DNA of 64,000 bases from Octopus sinensis (lineage: Eukaryota): assembly GCF_006345805.1 (NCBI RefSeq), contig NC_042999.1:131626001-131690000 (forward strand), written 5' to 3'. This document shows positions 26,350-39,526 of the stretch, piece by piece (the first letter of the stretch is position 1; each line of letters begins with the position of its first letter). The translations under genes and the position numbers were made by a program. Below the pieces are notes generated by a model, which ran no database searches, was not told where the DNA came from, and saw nothing but the letters and a program-made list of their open reading frames with translations.

Positions 26350-28155
26350 GTAAATGCCAAGAGTACTGGAACTGTGTTTGTGAAGGTTATACGTTATCGG
26401 ACAATTTATGACGTACAGCAAGTGAAATAATAACAACTAGGGATTGCTATCTCTAACTATAGTTATTTCATTCCCAGTGAAACAAATTCAGCTAGTTCTC
26501 AACCTATCTCCTAACAGACTACACTCACAATAGCAGAAACTAACAAGCATCTCTTTTAGATCTGCACGAAGTTTACCAGATTATCAAATACACACGCACG
26601 TGTGTGTGTTTGTGTTTTGAACATATGGAGAACACCTTAAAAGGGTAAAGGAAAAAATGCACCTAGCCTTTTGCTCTTGTTGCAGTACATAATGATCTCC
26701 CTGGATTCATTAGATTCTAAAGACGCACTGAGTCTTTCCCGAGAGATTCAGTCTTTGAAGACTACTCGAGACTGAAAGAAAAATAAAAAATAAATCCTTC
26801 AAATATTGTCTGTGAGAGAAATTTGTTAATAGAAATGCAAAGCTAATATAGAAACAAAGTATAATTACAAGAGACGGATAACATCCCTTATAGCTGTATT
26901 TTCGAGAGAACGAGTTCGAGAAAAAAAGATATAGTATGCACTCCGGGTGAAACTAGAAACTTCACAACAAAATCACCAGAGACGATCATTGGAAAATGAT
27001 GGGAAAGACTCTTTAAGATAACCAAATTGCAAACACTTGTAGAGTGTGTCCTTAATTGAGAACATAGGAACTTGAGAGTTACTTCTCTTCGATATTTACC
27101 ATTGATAATGACTAAAGAGCTACAAATGCTGCGTCTGGGAATCCGACTGGGGGAAACACTGGGCAGATATGGTGTTTTTACACCCTTTACCACAAGAGAA
27201 TTTTTACACACGGAAGTTCCAATGAATTTGCCTTTAGAAGTTGAAATATGTCACAAACATATTTTAACTAACCTGAAGTTCGTTTATGTCTAAACGCTAT
27301 TTGGCGCTGATACGGCTGATTTTCTCCCGATCTGGCGGTCTAATAGCGCAACTCAGTCAATGCTGCCGACTGTGTTTTAGTTAAAGCTACAGCTTTAAAT
27401 CTGTCCAGAGTTACCTCACTTCAGTATCTCCCATTGATAATAGCTAAAGAGCTACAAACGCTGCGTCTGGGAATCCGACAGGAGCAACACTGAGCAGACA
27501 CAGTGTTTTTATACCTTTTACCATACAAGGGAATTTTTTTCTCTACGGTAGCTGCAGTGAATTTGCTTTCAGAAGTTGAAATATGTTACAAACATATTTT
27601 AACTAACCTGAGGTTCACTATTCATATTCTTTGACTGGTGACATCGGGGTCAACCCTCTACTATTATGTGATATTTGGGGTTGGAGAAGAAGCAATTAGT
27701 ACATTCAATGGCGAACATGCTCCACAAATATGTGAAAATATTGCGAAAAAACAAGAACTTGCTGGCCTGCAATTCCAATTGATATTTAGAAGTGTACATT
27801 TTAAAAATGATTGTCAGGTCCCAAAAGCTAATGTCATGTCGAAGTCACTTCATTCCACCTCTGCAACTTCATTTCATTCTAACTCTATACCAGCAGTTAA
27901 TGAACCAGTGGGATTGACTGTACCTCCATCTCACAGGAGCCATGTTTGTTAATGTCGATAAGACAAACGCTCTACCTTTAAATTTTGTAATTCAAGTGTA
28001 AAAAATAATAATGTAAGACATATATGCTTAAATTTGAAATCAGCGTACACACACACACATACACACACGTACGTACGCACGAACGCACACACACACACAC
28101 ACACACATACATACATACATACATACATACATACATACATACATACATACATACA

Positions 28156-28186
<31 letters not shown>

Positions 28187-30340
28187 GTATGTACACACAC
28201 AATTTCAGCAATTTATCCTCTTCGCGTGGTGAGTAATTTTATAAAATTTTAGAACAATAATGGGGAGGCTTCGAGACTTTAACGATGATCTAGTGTAGAG
28301 GGGTTTTCCAACCGCTATCTCTAACCCATCTCGATTGTTTTTGCATAATGCTGTTAATCAGAGGGTACGAATTTTTGTTTTATTGCCCACGAGGGGCTAA
28401 ACATAGAGGGGACAAACAAACGGATTAAGTCGATTATATCGACCCCAGTGCGTTACTGGTACTTATTTAATCGACCCCGAAAGGATGAAAGGCAAAGTCG
28501 ACCTCGGCGGAATTTGACGAATGCAAAAGGTTCTCCAGCAGAAACCAGCGATTAGATAGTACAGGGGAAGATATAAAATGACAATCGGTGATGCCTCGGG
28601 AGACTGCCTACGCATATTCTCTTCTACCCAAGTTTATGGATAGTGTCTGTCCTCGCTAACTTCAATATTTTGAAAGATCCACTCAAGGACACTAACGGAC
28701 TTTTAGAAGAAGTCAAATTATATTTCACTGGACTTTATGAGTGTGGTCTCTTCTTTTCTTCTTCATCAGCTTCTCACCTTCAAAACTATGAAAATGACCC
28801 ATGGACACGACAAGAATCAATCCACTAGATTTTTTTTCGCTATTGCAAAGAGATCGATAAATATGAAACGTATTTCTGTTTAGAACAATTTCTCTGTATA
28901 AAAGGTCAAGTCTTGTATCACCTTATTTCGCTGCTAGTTGTATCCCGCTAACAATTCAGTATGCAAGTCGGATGCTACCAAATTACAAACTGAGAGTGAA
29001 TGAGTGCAGTACGTGCATTACTTCCAGATCCTCGAAATGTACTTTAAATTAATTCTTCCTTAAATTTTCAAGCGGCTTTACGTATAACTTCAGGTTGCGA
29101 TCTGAAGTAAATTCAGCTTCTCCATCCCTGATCGCCCTATATTTGAAACATGCTTAAAATATTTACGTTCCAATGTAGACTTAAATAAATTTGTTTAGAC
29201 TTGGGAGCGAAACGAAAATTGTTTGGATTTGAATAATTGTAACATCTTTACTGTGTAGATGCTTCTGACTTCATTGAATTTAGGATTTGGATCTGACAGA
29301 TCGAACAGAAGTTTCTAACAATTTCCAACATGTCAGATTGTTAAGAAACTTCACACTTCAGTCATACAAGTTGACTGCAATCACTTTATCTTAACAATCA
29401 TTTTATCACCGTGTACAAAAGTAATTAACTGAAAATATCAGCTTTTTTTTTTTTTTGCCACATAACATTGCAAATAGTCGGGGATTGAAATGTGCTTTAA
29501 TTTTATCGATTGATTTGATATAGCCTTCCAAAGTACCATACAATCCACCATCGAGTTTCTTCGAAACGCACAATGTGTGATATGCATCGAACATCGAAAT
29601 TTCATCCTTTGAGTATGGCCACAGATCCTCAGGAACGGTCAACAATTTCAAGTGTGCCGTCGCTAGCGACCTCAGTAATACTCTGGAGAGGGAGCAATCT
29701 TCCAAGATTGAAAATTATGTCACATTTTACATTACTTTTAAGGTCAAACTACAATTCATTACTGATACACTTGAGGACTGGTCTATAATATTTAAATAGG
29801 ACATAAGAATGCTTGCAATGCTCAAGTACCAAGGATTTTTCCACGTCATCTTCGCATTGCATTTGTACTTAGCGGCACTGGTTGAAAGTCTTCGTAACAG
29901 TTTCAATAACTTCCATAAATACCAGTGATATATCTCATAAATGTCATACAACTGTACTTCTTTTGCTACATTAAGAGAGATACTTGTGTGATACCTTCAG
30001 TCTTTTATTATCAACATAGGGGGATGCTTTAAAGACCTTTAAATTTGGCCGATTTCTTTCATCTTAAAAAAGAAAAACAAACAAGATCTTCATTTCCAGA
30101 ATGGATCTGTAAAAGGCACTCTCTCATCTTCGTAGGTTTTATGGCATCATAAAAGACATTTTGTTTGTATTTTTTTTTTTACATAAGCAGGTATATAGGA
30201 GTTTCTGTAGCAATAAACGAATGTATGAATCCAAATTTCCAAATACTCATGTCAACATTGTTTCCTACTATGCTTATTACAAAATTTGTTTAGTTTAAAC
30301 AGTAAATTTACATATATAGATTTATCTGAATCTACATTGC
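26350..30340. pseudogene. Decayed coding-like tract; candidate endogenous bunyavirus-like L-polymerase fragments
   Basis: Long stop-poor protein-like frames on minus (30340-27800) and plus (26620-27615); weak motif resemblance to Bunyavirales L; unverified. Confidence 0.3.
28373..28516 (-). mobile_element. 5'-truncated SINE family B inserted in the coding-like tract
   Basis: Family B sequence; flanked by acgaat direct repeats. Confidence 0.8.
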
Positions 30341-30745
30341 AGACTCAGATAAGAAGAAGCCTTAGAGATTCACTGGTTACCATTAAATTATTTATATTCA
30401 ACATGCAGAGAAAATGACTCGTCCAGGACACTCGGACTAGCATTGCTATAACGTAGAGATTTTCGTATATACTAAAAAATAAAGGTACGGTTAAGTTACA
30501 GTATTTTAAAATGTTCACAAAACTACAACGCCAACGATACAAAATACAGTAAAATTACTGATTAAAGTGTGAAAAACAAAACAAAAAAAAATAGAGCATA
30601 TGAATGAAAGAAAATTAAATCAATCCATGTGGAAACAAATGTTGTTACATGCATTTCACTGCTTTGCGGCGATTACAACTAATGAGAAACTATTATAACT
30701 AAATTATTGCTTTAGGAAACAAAAAGAAACAATAAAAACTATTTA

Positions 30746-32002
30746 TTGGGTCATCCCATTAATAAAGCGGTTTTTTTCAATTGCATGAAGTAAAAGTCGG
30801 ACGGGGACGGAATAAACTACCTGCATCAACTTGCTATAAAAACAGGTAGTAATTTTACTTTGTACTTATTCTTAGTGCAAGTTTTGAAGAGTGCAGTTCG
30901 AGTTTAGCAGTTATTTTTTCAAAGCTATAATGGAAGTGGCAAAGAAGCATATTCCATATATTTTGCTTTATGAGTTCAAAAAAGGCAAACAACGCAATGA
31001 AAAGTGCGAGGAATATCAATGCAGTATATGGGGATCGGACAATAAGCGTAAGCCAGTGTCAACAGTGGTTCCAGAAATTCTGAGCTGGAAACTACAGCCT
31101 AGAAGACAAGCCTCGTCCTGGAAGATCTGTAGAGCTCGACAAGGACGTCCTGCAGGCCCTGGTGGAACAAAATCTTATCGTAACTGTTGAGAAACTAGCA
31201 GAGAAGCTTGGATTTGGTCATTCAATTATTCATCGACGCCTGCGTGCCACCAGAAAAATCAGCAAAATGGGTCAATGGGTTCCTCACAACAAATCGCGTG
31301 CAGAGAGTGAATGTGTGTTCTTCTTTACTGTCACGTCTCACAAATGAACCCTTTTTTGATCGAATAGTGACTGATGATGAGAAATGGGTTCTCTATAAAA
31401 ATGTCAAGCGTCGAAGATAGTGGGTAGGAAAAGGAGAAAAACCGGTACCCCAGGCTAAAGAAGGTCTTCACCCACACAAGCTATGGTTATCTGGTGGGAT
31501 ATGAAAGGTTTAGTCCACTTTGAACTTTTAAACCCAAACCAAACGATAACAAAAGAGATCTACTGCGAGCAGCTTGAGCGGCTTAAATCAACGCCAGAAA
31601 ATAAAAAACGACCATCTTTGGTTTCAAGACGAAACGTGTTCTTTCATCGGGATAATGCTCGGCCATATACAGCGAGGATGACATTCCAAAAGCTGGAGTA
31701 GTTTGAATGGGAAACGATGCTCACCCACCATATTCGCCGGACATTACCCCATCTGATTATCATTTATTCCGCAGTCTTCAAAATCATTTGGATGGTAAAA
31801 ATATGAATTCTGTAAACTGGGGCAGAACAGTACTGGAGGAGTATTATTCGTCACGGATAAGTGAATTTTGGAAGTCTATGAGATAGATGGAAGAGCATTG
31901 TAGAAAATGAAGGAGAATATATTCTAGATTAAAAAAGAACTTTATCTCTATTTTGGAAAATAAAAGAAGTATAAAAACCGCATTATTTATGGGATGACCC
32001 CA
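30746..32002 (+). mobile_element. Full-length degenerate mariner (DD34D)
   Basis: TIRs ttgggtcatcccattaataa / ttatttatgggatgacccca, TA flanks; WVPHN, TDDEKW, HRDNARP and YSPDITPSDY with several stops and frameshifts. Confidence 0.92.
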
Positions 32003-33484
32003 TACATATAAATCAGAAATATGTATCATCAAATTGCATTCTATTGTATTATTTTATGTATTTTTACTTGTTATGCAAATACATGAGCAGGCAAGGTTTA
32101 TAGGCGCTGGCATGGCTCCAGGGCTCGCTCAAGATACTGATAACTCGGGCAGTCACCCGGGGAACCATGTGCTAGGAGGCGCCAAGGAGGGCGTGACAAA
32201 GACAAGAAAATTTCCATGACCGTCAGCTTGTACACGCCGAAGTTCAGCTTGCCCGAAACGCCAGTAACTCTAGAGCCGGCCCTGCATGGCCCATAGTCTC
32301 TGACATATACTCATGGCTGCAGGTATGAGCGTGTTTGCAAAACTCGCTTTGCAATTACATGGTATCGGGTTCAGTTCACTCTGCGTGAAATCTTGAAAAT
32401 TGTTTTCTACTTTAGCCTCGGGCCGATTAATGCCTTGTAAATGAACTTGGGAGGCGGAAACTGTGTGGAAGCGCGTTGTATATAATATATGTGTACATGC
32501 GTATGTATGTGTTATTGTGTGTCAGTGGTTGTCTCTATATGTTTGTCTCCTCCACTGCTTGACATCCGGTATTGGTTTGTTTATGTCCTATGATTCAGCG
32601 GTTCGAGAAAAAATTAAGTACTGAGGTCGATTTGTTCGACTAAACTTTTTTTAGGCGGTACCCCAGCATGACTGTGGTCTAATGACTGGGAAAGTAAAAG
32701 ACAAAAATAAGTAAATAGAAGAAACAGATGTCAAATTTCGATATTCAGTCGATTACACCCGCCACTTTTGGCTGGCAAGTATTTATCAAACCTCAAGAAT
32801 AGTCACATTATGTCCTTAGGATCGATATCAACTCTCGGATTTGAGATTTGGCTGCTATTTCTAGTCAGTCGAGAGGACTTCATTACAGGTTCTAAAAGAG
32901 TAATGTTGTGTAGCCCCAGTTCCTTTTTTTAGTTTAATGGACCCTGAAAGCCATTCAATGTTTAAGGAAAAAAATACTACTGTATTTAAATATTATCAGG
33001 AATTTATTCTTTTGTATCAGTTATTTAACTGTGACCATGCTGGAGCACCGCCTTAAAGGGTTTTCGTCGAAGAAATCGACCCCAGGACTTATTCTTTGTA
33101 AGCCTAGTACGTATTCTATCTGTCTCTTCTGCCAAACCGCTAAGATACAGGGACGTAAACACACCAACGTCAGTTATCAAGCGACGGTGAGACACACACA
33201 CACACTTATACGACGGGATTCTTTCAGTTTCCGTCAACCAAATCCACTCACAAGACTTTGGTCGGCCCGAGGCTATACTCTCTTTTACTCTTTTACTTGT
33301 TTCAGTCATTTGACTGCGGCCATGCTGGAGCACCGCCTTTAATCGAGCAACTCGACCCCGGGACTTATTCTTTTGTAAGCCCAGTACTTATTCTATCGGT
33401 CTCTTTTGCCGAACCGCTAAGTAACGGGAACATAAACACACCAGCATCGGTTGTCAAGCAATGCTTGGGGGACAAACACATACA

Positions 33485-33525
<41 letters not shown>

Positions 33526-33710
33526 TAAGCAATAAGGGTTTAGCAACGAGTTGCCTTACCACATACCGAATTTAGAAATAGCAGTCAAAGGGTTATAGCT
33601 ATTTCTTCTACTAAAAAGGGAGATCTCAGTAAAAACAGCATTTGGAAGGCAGACACAAACAGGTAAGAGAGAATGAATTGACTGCAATCTATCATACATT
33701 TTTTTAGTTA

Positions 33711-33828
33711 TCCACGGACGTACGTTTCGAAATCAAGTTTTAAGGAAAGCATAAGAATTAAATATTAAATATTAAATAATAAATAAATAATTCTATCTTA
33801 CCGAAACTTCTTTTCTCTTCAGCGTAGA
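33711..33828 (-). ncRNA. Type I hammerhead ribozyme (left-arm copy)
   Basis: Reverse complement of 34200-34316. Confidence 0.78.
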
Positions 33829-34199
33829 ATACTATAATCATAAATGATTATATATTGAATTTTGAGATACCAGAAGGCACCAACTCCACTCAGTATCAGA
33901 GCGAGCTAGAATCCGCAACTGGTATCACCGAATTCAATTTGTGAATGAAACGATTGTGTCAACAGCCCCTTCCCACCCGCGTGTAGCCAAAACAAGATGC
34001 TGTGGTCATCTACTGTAGATGACCACAGCATCTTGTTTTGGCTACACGCGGGTGGGAAGGGGCTGTTGACACAATCGTTTCATTCACAAATTGAATTCGG
34101 TGATACCAGTTGCGGATTCTAGCTCGCTCTGATACTGAGTGGAGTTGGTGCCTTCTGGTATCTCAAAATTCAATATATAATCATTTATGATTATAGTAT

Positions 34200-34316
34200 T
34201 CTACGCTGAAGAGAAAAGAAGTTTCGGTAAGATAGAATTATTTATTTATTATTAATATTTAATATTTAATTCTTATGCTTTCCTTAAAACTTGATTTCGA
34301 AACGTACGTCCGTGGA
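34200..34316 (+). ncRNA. Type I hammerhead ribozyme, minimal stem III, long stem II
   Basis: Stem I UCUACG/CGUGGA; core CUGAAGA 34206-34212; G34213-C34298 closes stem II; GAAAC-GUAC-GUC; predicted cleavage after C34310. Confidence 0.8.
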
Positions 34317-34603
34317 TAACTAAAAAAATGTATGATAGATTGCAGTCAATTCATTCTCTCTTACCTGTTTGTGTCTGCCTTCCAAATGCTGTTTTTACTG
34401 AGATCTCCCTTTTTAGTAGAAGAAATAGCTATAACCCTTTGACTGCTATTTCTAAATTCGGTATGTGGTAAGGCAACTCGTTGCTAAACCCTTATTGCTT
34501 AGTATTACTTAAATTTTCCTCGAATGAGGCTTTTACATGCCGAAGACTACTTGGTGTAATTGATAATTTTTCCAAATTAATTAATTTCACCCTTCATTAT
34601 TAC

Positions 34604-34644
<41 letters not shown>

Positions 34645-35633
34645 CATATATACGACGGGCTTCTTTCAGTTTCCGTCTACCAAATCCACTCACAAGGCTT
34701 TGGTCGGCCCGAGGCTATAGTAGAAGACACTTGCTCAAGGTGCCACGCAGTGGGACTGAACCCGGAACCATGTGGTTGGTAAACAAGCTACTTACCACAC
34801 AGCCACTCCTGCGCCTATAGTAGAAAACACCTGGCCACAATGCCGCGTAGTAGGACTGAACCCGAATCCACGGAGTTGAAAAGCGACTTCTTAACTACAG
34901 AATGTTTGCGCCTGTTAGGGGATATAAATGGAAGATTTTTTCCCCTATATATGGAAACTAGGATGGAAAGCTAACAGAAAACAACGTTTTATTGTCGATT
35001 GAGTGCATTTTTTTAAATACACTCTGGACTTATATGTATGTACCTAGCAAATACCTGTTAAATCTCTGCTGCTACTGTTCCCCTGGCTGCTACTGCTTTT
35101 TAACTTACCTTTGTTTTGCTGTCTCAAAATGACGATGACCGCTTTCAGATAATCCCCCATCATTATAATTGGAAATAATAAGTCACTGACTCTAAATGTA
35201 GAAAATTGAATAAAAATTCACTGAACAGATTATCAAAAGACAAATTGAGAAAATTCTCTTCAAATAAATCTGTTTTTGTTCTTTATTTTCAGGTAAATTT
35301 TTTTATTTAAAGAATGTGTCGACATCGTTAACACTGGAGATAATAAGTTACTGACTTATAATGTTGGAAAATGAAAAAGAAAGAAAGACAAAATTATTAA
35401 AGAGACTATCGAAAGACAAAACTAAGAAGATTCTCTTGTGTATGTATGTGTGCGCGTATGTATGTGTGCATGTATGAGTGTATGTATGTGTCTAGGTGTG
35501 TATGTATGAGCGTATGTATGTGTTAAATGTTTTGAGTGTGTTAGCGTGTATGGTTTTTTTCTTTTGAGTATATGTTTATGAGTGTATGTATATTTTTGTA
35601 TGTGCGTGTGTGAAATTATTTGAGTGAAAAGTG

Positions 35634-35665
<32 letters not shown>

Positions 35666-36149
35666 TGTATGTATGTATGTATGTATGTATGTATGTATGC
35701 ATGTACGTATGCATGTGTGTATGTAAGTATGTATTCATACTTGTGCGTGTATGTACGTGTATATTTGTTTTGGATTGTGTGCCGGTGTATATGTTTTCTT
35801 TTAAGTGTGCGAGTGTATATGCGTATGAGTTTGTAAGTGCATGTGTATAATTATTTGGGCGACGCGAGCGCGTGTCAGTATATATATATGTGTGTGTATG
35901 TGTGTACGCGTGTGTGTGTGTGCGCGCACACTTATCTGAGTATGACTATTGTATGACTAAATGTATGAGTATATTTTTACGTTTGTGAGAGAGAGAAAGA
36001 ATGACAAAAGAGAGAAATAAACAATGTATGTGTATGTACAGGTGTGTGCGGGGAACCGGTGTGTGTACGTGTGTGCGTATATGTGTGTATCTGTGTGTGT
36101 GTGTGTGTGTGTGCGTGCGAGAGTGTATGTGTGTGTTTGTCATCGCGCA

Positions 36150-36482
36150 CGCGTACGCGTCCACAGCAATGAAACCAGAGTAGGTTACAAGCAGCTAGTA
36201 GTGTGTCTATTAAGGGAGAGACGACGTCGAAGCTGGCTACCCGTTGGTCTGAATAAAAGTTGAATGAACGGGTGGATGTAGATCTGGTATTGGCAGACGA
36301 AAGCAGAGAGGGCTAACTTAAACAAATATTTGGGGGTTTTACGTTTACTTTGTTAAAAAAATATTCGGAATACCTATTTTAATATTGATGCATTTTTAAT
36401 ATTCTCAGCACTTAGCAACAACCGTATAGGATATTATATACAATTTTCGTCTTCGAAAAGATCAACAAAATATCAGGTAAGT
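36150..36482 (+). promoter_or_regulatory. Possible non-coding first exon ending in a strong splice donor
   Basis: CpG-rich unique sequence followed by CAG|GTAAGT (intron start 36477); no ORF. Confidence 0.3.
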
Positions 36483-36942
36483 GTATATTATTGTATTTTC
36501 ATGTTTTAACTTTTGTGTATTGTTTTCAGACAATGAATTGAGTCAGTGACTTATAGATAACTTCATCTTTATTTCTTTTGGGAACTACGCGACACATCGC
36601 TGTAATCAAATGATACATATATTAAAATCTATATAAATATATAGATTTATATAAATATGTATTACAAAAAAAAAAAAAAGGATTATTGTATACTTTTTTT
36701 TTACGAAGATTTATATTTAATTATATTAAAACTTATTGTATATAATTGGTATAATATTGATAAATATTTCATTCATAGGTGCGTTCATACACGCAGGTAG
36801 GCATATATACGTATGTGCGTATACATACACATTCATACAAGTTTCAGAGGTTCAAGGCTCGATAAAATGCCCAACAAATATAAACACGCTTGTGTGTGCG
36901 TGCGTAGAAACACACACACACACACACCACACACACACACAC

Positions 36943-36973
<31 letters not shown>

Positions 36974-37788
36974 GTGTGTGTATGTATACATATATAAAAT
37001 AGAATGAAAAATATATTTTACACATGTATCCTATATATATATATATACATACATACACACGTATATGTTTGTATGTATACATATATATGTATATATGTAT
37101 GTATGTATACACATGTATATGTATATATATATGTATATGCATATATATGTATATATATGTATGTATATATATATAACACATGCATACATATTTACGATAA
37201 GTACGTGTGTATGTATATATATATACACACACACCCTCTCTTGCGCGTAAATGTGTGTATATAGTGTATATGTGAGTGTATTTATATATATCTCTCCCCC
37301 TCCCTCCCTCTCTCTATATGTGTAGGCATATCTATGTATGTACCTCTATGTATACGTATGTGTGAACGTATACATACACACCCATACACGCGCGCATACA
37401 CACACACAGTGGTGGATCTCCGTCGTTCGGCATTGAGGATTCAGCTGTTCGATCAACTGAATTACCTGCAGCTCTTGAATTAACGTGCAAGTAGCTGAGT
37501 ATCCCACAGACACATGTACTCTTAACAGAATCTGGGGCAGGTTGAACGTTCCTCAGTGTGTCAAAGCAGTAAGGTTTGGATTACAGTACGAAAGGATTCT
37601 ATACAGTTTCCGTTCAGCCAATTCTACTTACAGTGTATGGATCAACCTGAAGTTATAGAAAATGACAGCTGCCTAAGATATCACGCAGCGAGATCGAACC
37701 CGGGACTTGTGTTTGCAAAGCGAACTTCTTAACTATTCGGCTACTCTTGCCTATTGTACACAGTGTGCGGATATGTGTGTGTGTGTGT

Positions 37789-37844
<56 letters not shown>

Positions 37845-37914
37845 CGCGTGTGTGTGTGCGTGCATGTGTGTATGTGTGTGTGTGTAGATAGGTAGAAATA
37901 ACTAGATAAGTAAA

Positions 37915-38240
37915 GGCGGTGAGCTGGCAGAAACGTTAGCACGCCGGGTGAAATGCGTAGCCGTATTTAGTCTGCAGCATTTTGTCCATCATTACATTGT
38001 TCAAATTCCGCCGAGGTCCCCTCTATGTTTAGCCCCTTGTGAGTAGTAAAGAAATAGGTATTTCGTCTGCTGCTACGTTCTGAGTTCAAATTCCGCCGAG
38101 GTCGACTTTGCATTTCATCCTTTCGGGGTCGATAAATTAAGTACCAGTTACGCACTGGGATCGATGTAATCGACTTAATCCGTTTGTCTGTTCTTGTTTG
38201 TCCCCTCTGTGTTTAACCCCTTGTGGATAGTAAAGAAATA
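37915..38240 (+). mobile_element. SINE family B with internal partial duplication
   Basis: ggcggtgagctggcagaaacgttagcacgccggg head; gttcaaattccgccgaggtc occurs twice; flanked by gataagta repeats. Confidence 0.85.
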
Positions 38241-38359
38241 CGATGGATAAGTAGAGATACACGCACACATAGACATATATAAATAAAAGGGAATTAATAA
38301 ATCAGAGCTCGGGTCCTCCGTCGGTTCTCCTGCGAATACCGGCTAACAAAATCTATCTA

Positions 38360-38444
<85 letters not shown>

Positions 38445-38758
38445 TTATCATCTCCTCTCTCTCACTATATATGTATGCACACATTATACACACACACACA
38501 TAAACACACATGCACATGTATACATACAGTATTATATTAAAGCTGAAAGTCTACTCTGAGCCGGCACTATGTAAAATAAAATATTGATATATTGTACCAC
38601 TGTTACATTACTCACACACACACACACACACACACACACGTGTATATGTGCATACAAATCTGAATGTGTGTGCATGTATTTATGTATATGTTGCATTGTA
38701 ACGGCGACTTCTTTTTTAATGATTACTACGATCACCCAATCGGGACTTCTGTCTCTAT

Positions 38759-38809
<51 letters not shown>

Positions 38810-39526
38810 ACTCACTCACTCACACACACTCACGTGCGTGCGTGCACAAACACGTACCGTATATCTGTGGGATGTGTGCAGGAGGCGCGCGTGCGCGAAC
38901 GCGCGTGCTTATGAGCAAACTCACACACACACACACATACGCACACATTTGCGAGACCACTGACAGTTGAGTCAATAACGAAGCGGATCACTGTGTGAGT
39001 GGTTGATGGCTCAACCCCTGTCACTTTTGTGGTAGTGCGTACACAGCGAAGATAATTCTCTCTCAATTTTTGTTCACGGTTGACTTTTGTAAATACGAAG
39101 AGCACTGCAAAAATGTTGAGTGGTTCGCAAGCACTGCCACCCTGAGTTCAAGATTTCCTGTGGAATAATACAATTGTCGTAGGTAAACTGTGTATCGCTG
39201 GGGCAGCACTTGAGTTTGCCGTCTCCCCTTCCCCAGGTCCCCAAGTCTGTACAGGTTTATACAGCAGGCCAAAGCCAAAACGTGTCGTCCCCATAAAAGC
39301 GCCAACCGGGGGCACAGTCCTCACTACGTCGTCTACGGCAGTCGGGCTTTTCATTGGGCAACCCAGACATAACTGTTGGAGAGACCAAGTGTCAAGTCTG
39401 TGTGTACTGCATGTAGTTTGAGAATCTCAAGAAATTGAAACATGTAAACCTGACCTACATTTGTTTATACACAATATTCTCAGAACTACGGAGCTGTTTG
39501 TATTAAATAATGAGTTTAGAATTACT

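Larger units (their letters stand above)
33523..34604. mobile_element. Palindromic Penelope-like insertion (inverted pseudo-LTR arrangement)
   Basis: 33523-34013 is the reverse complement of 34015-34504 (one 1-nt indel seen); axis at 34014; ~100 unpaired bp on the right; TA tracts on both sides. Confidence 0.75.
33277..34815 (-). mobile_element. SINE family A split within its (TA)n tract by a ~1.08-kb insertion
   Basis: Tail half at 33277-33522 and head half at 34605-34815 join into one contiguous SINE when the insert is removed. Confidence 0.88.

Noticed and set aside
29406-29951. Host Mab21/cGAS-like or piggyBac origin for the coding-like tract
   Set aside because: No nucleotidyltransferase or DDD motifs found and no TTAA/TIR ends
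34515-34560. cgaatgaggcttttacatgccgaagac as a second hammerhead
   Set aside because: Both core boxes deviate and no convincing stem I/III pairing is present
38960-39400. Minus-strand CCAAT/TATA-containing unique stretch as an LTR or promoter
   Set aside because: No definable termini, TSD or second copy in the window
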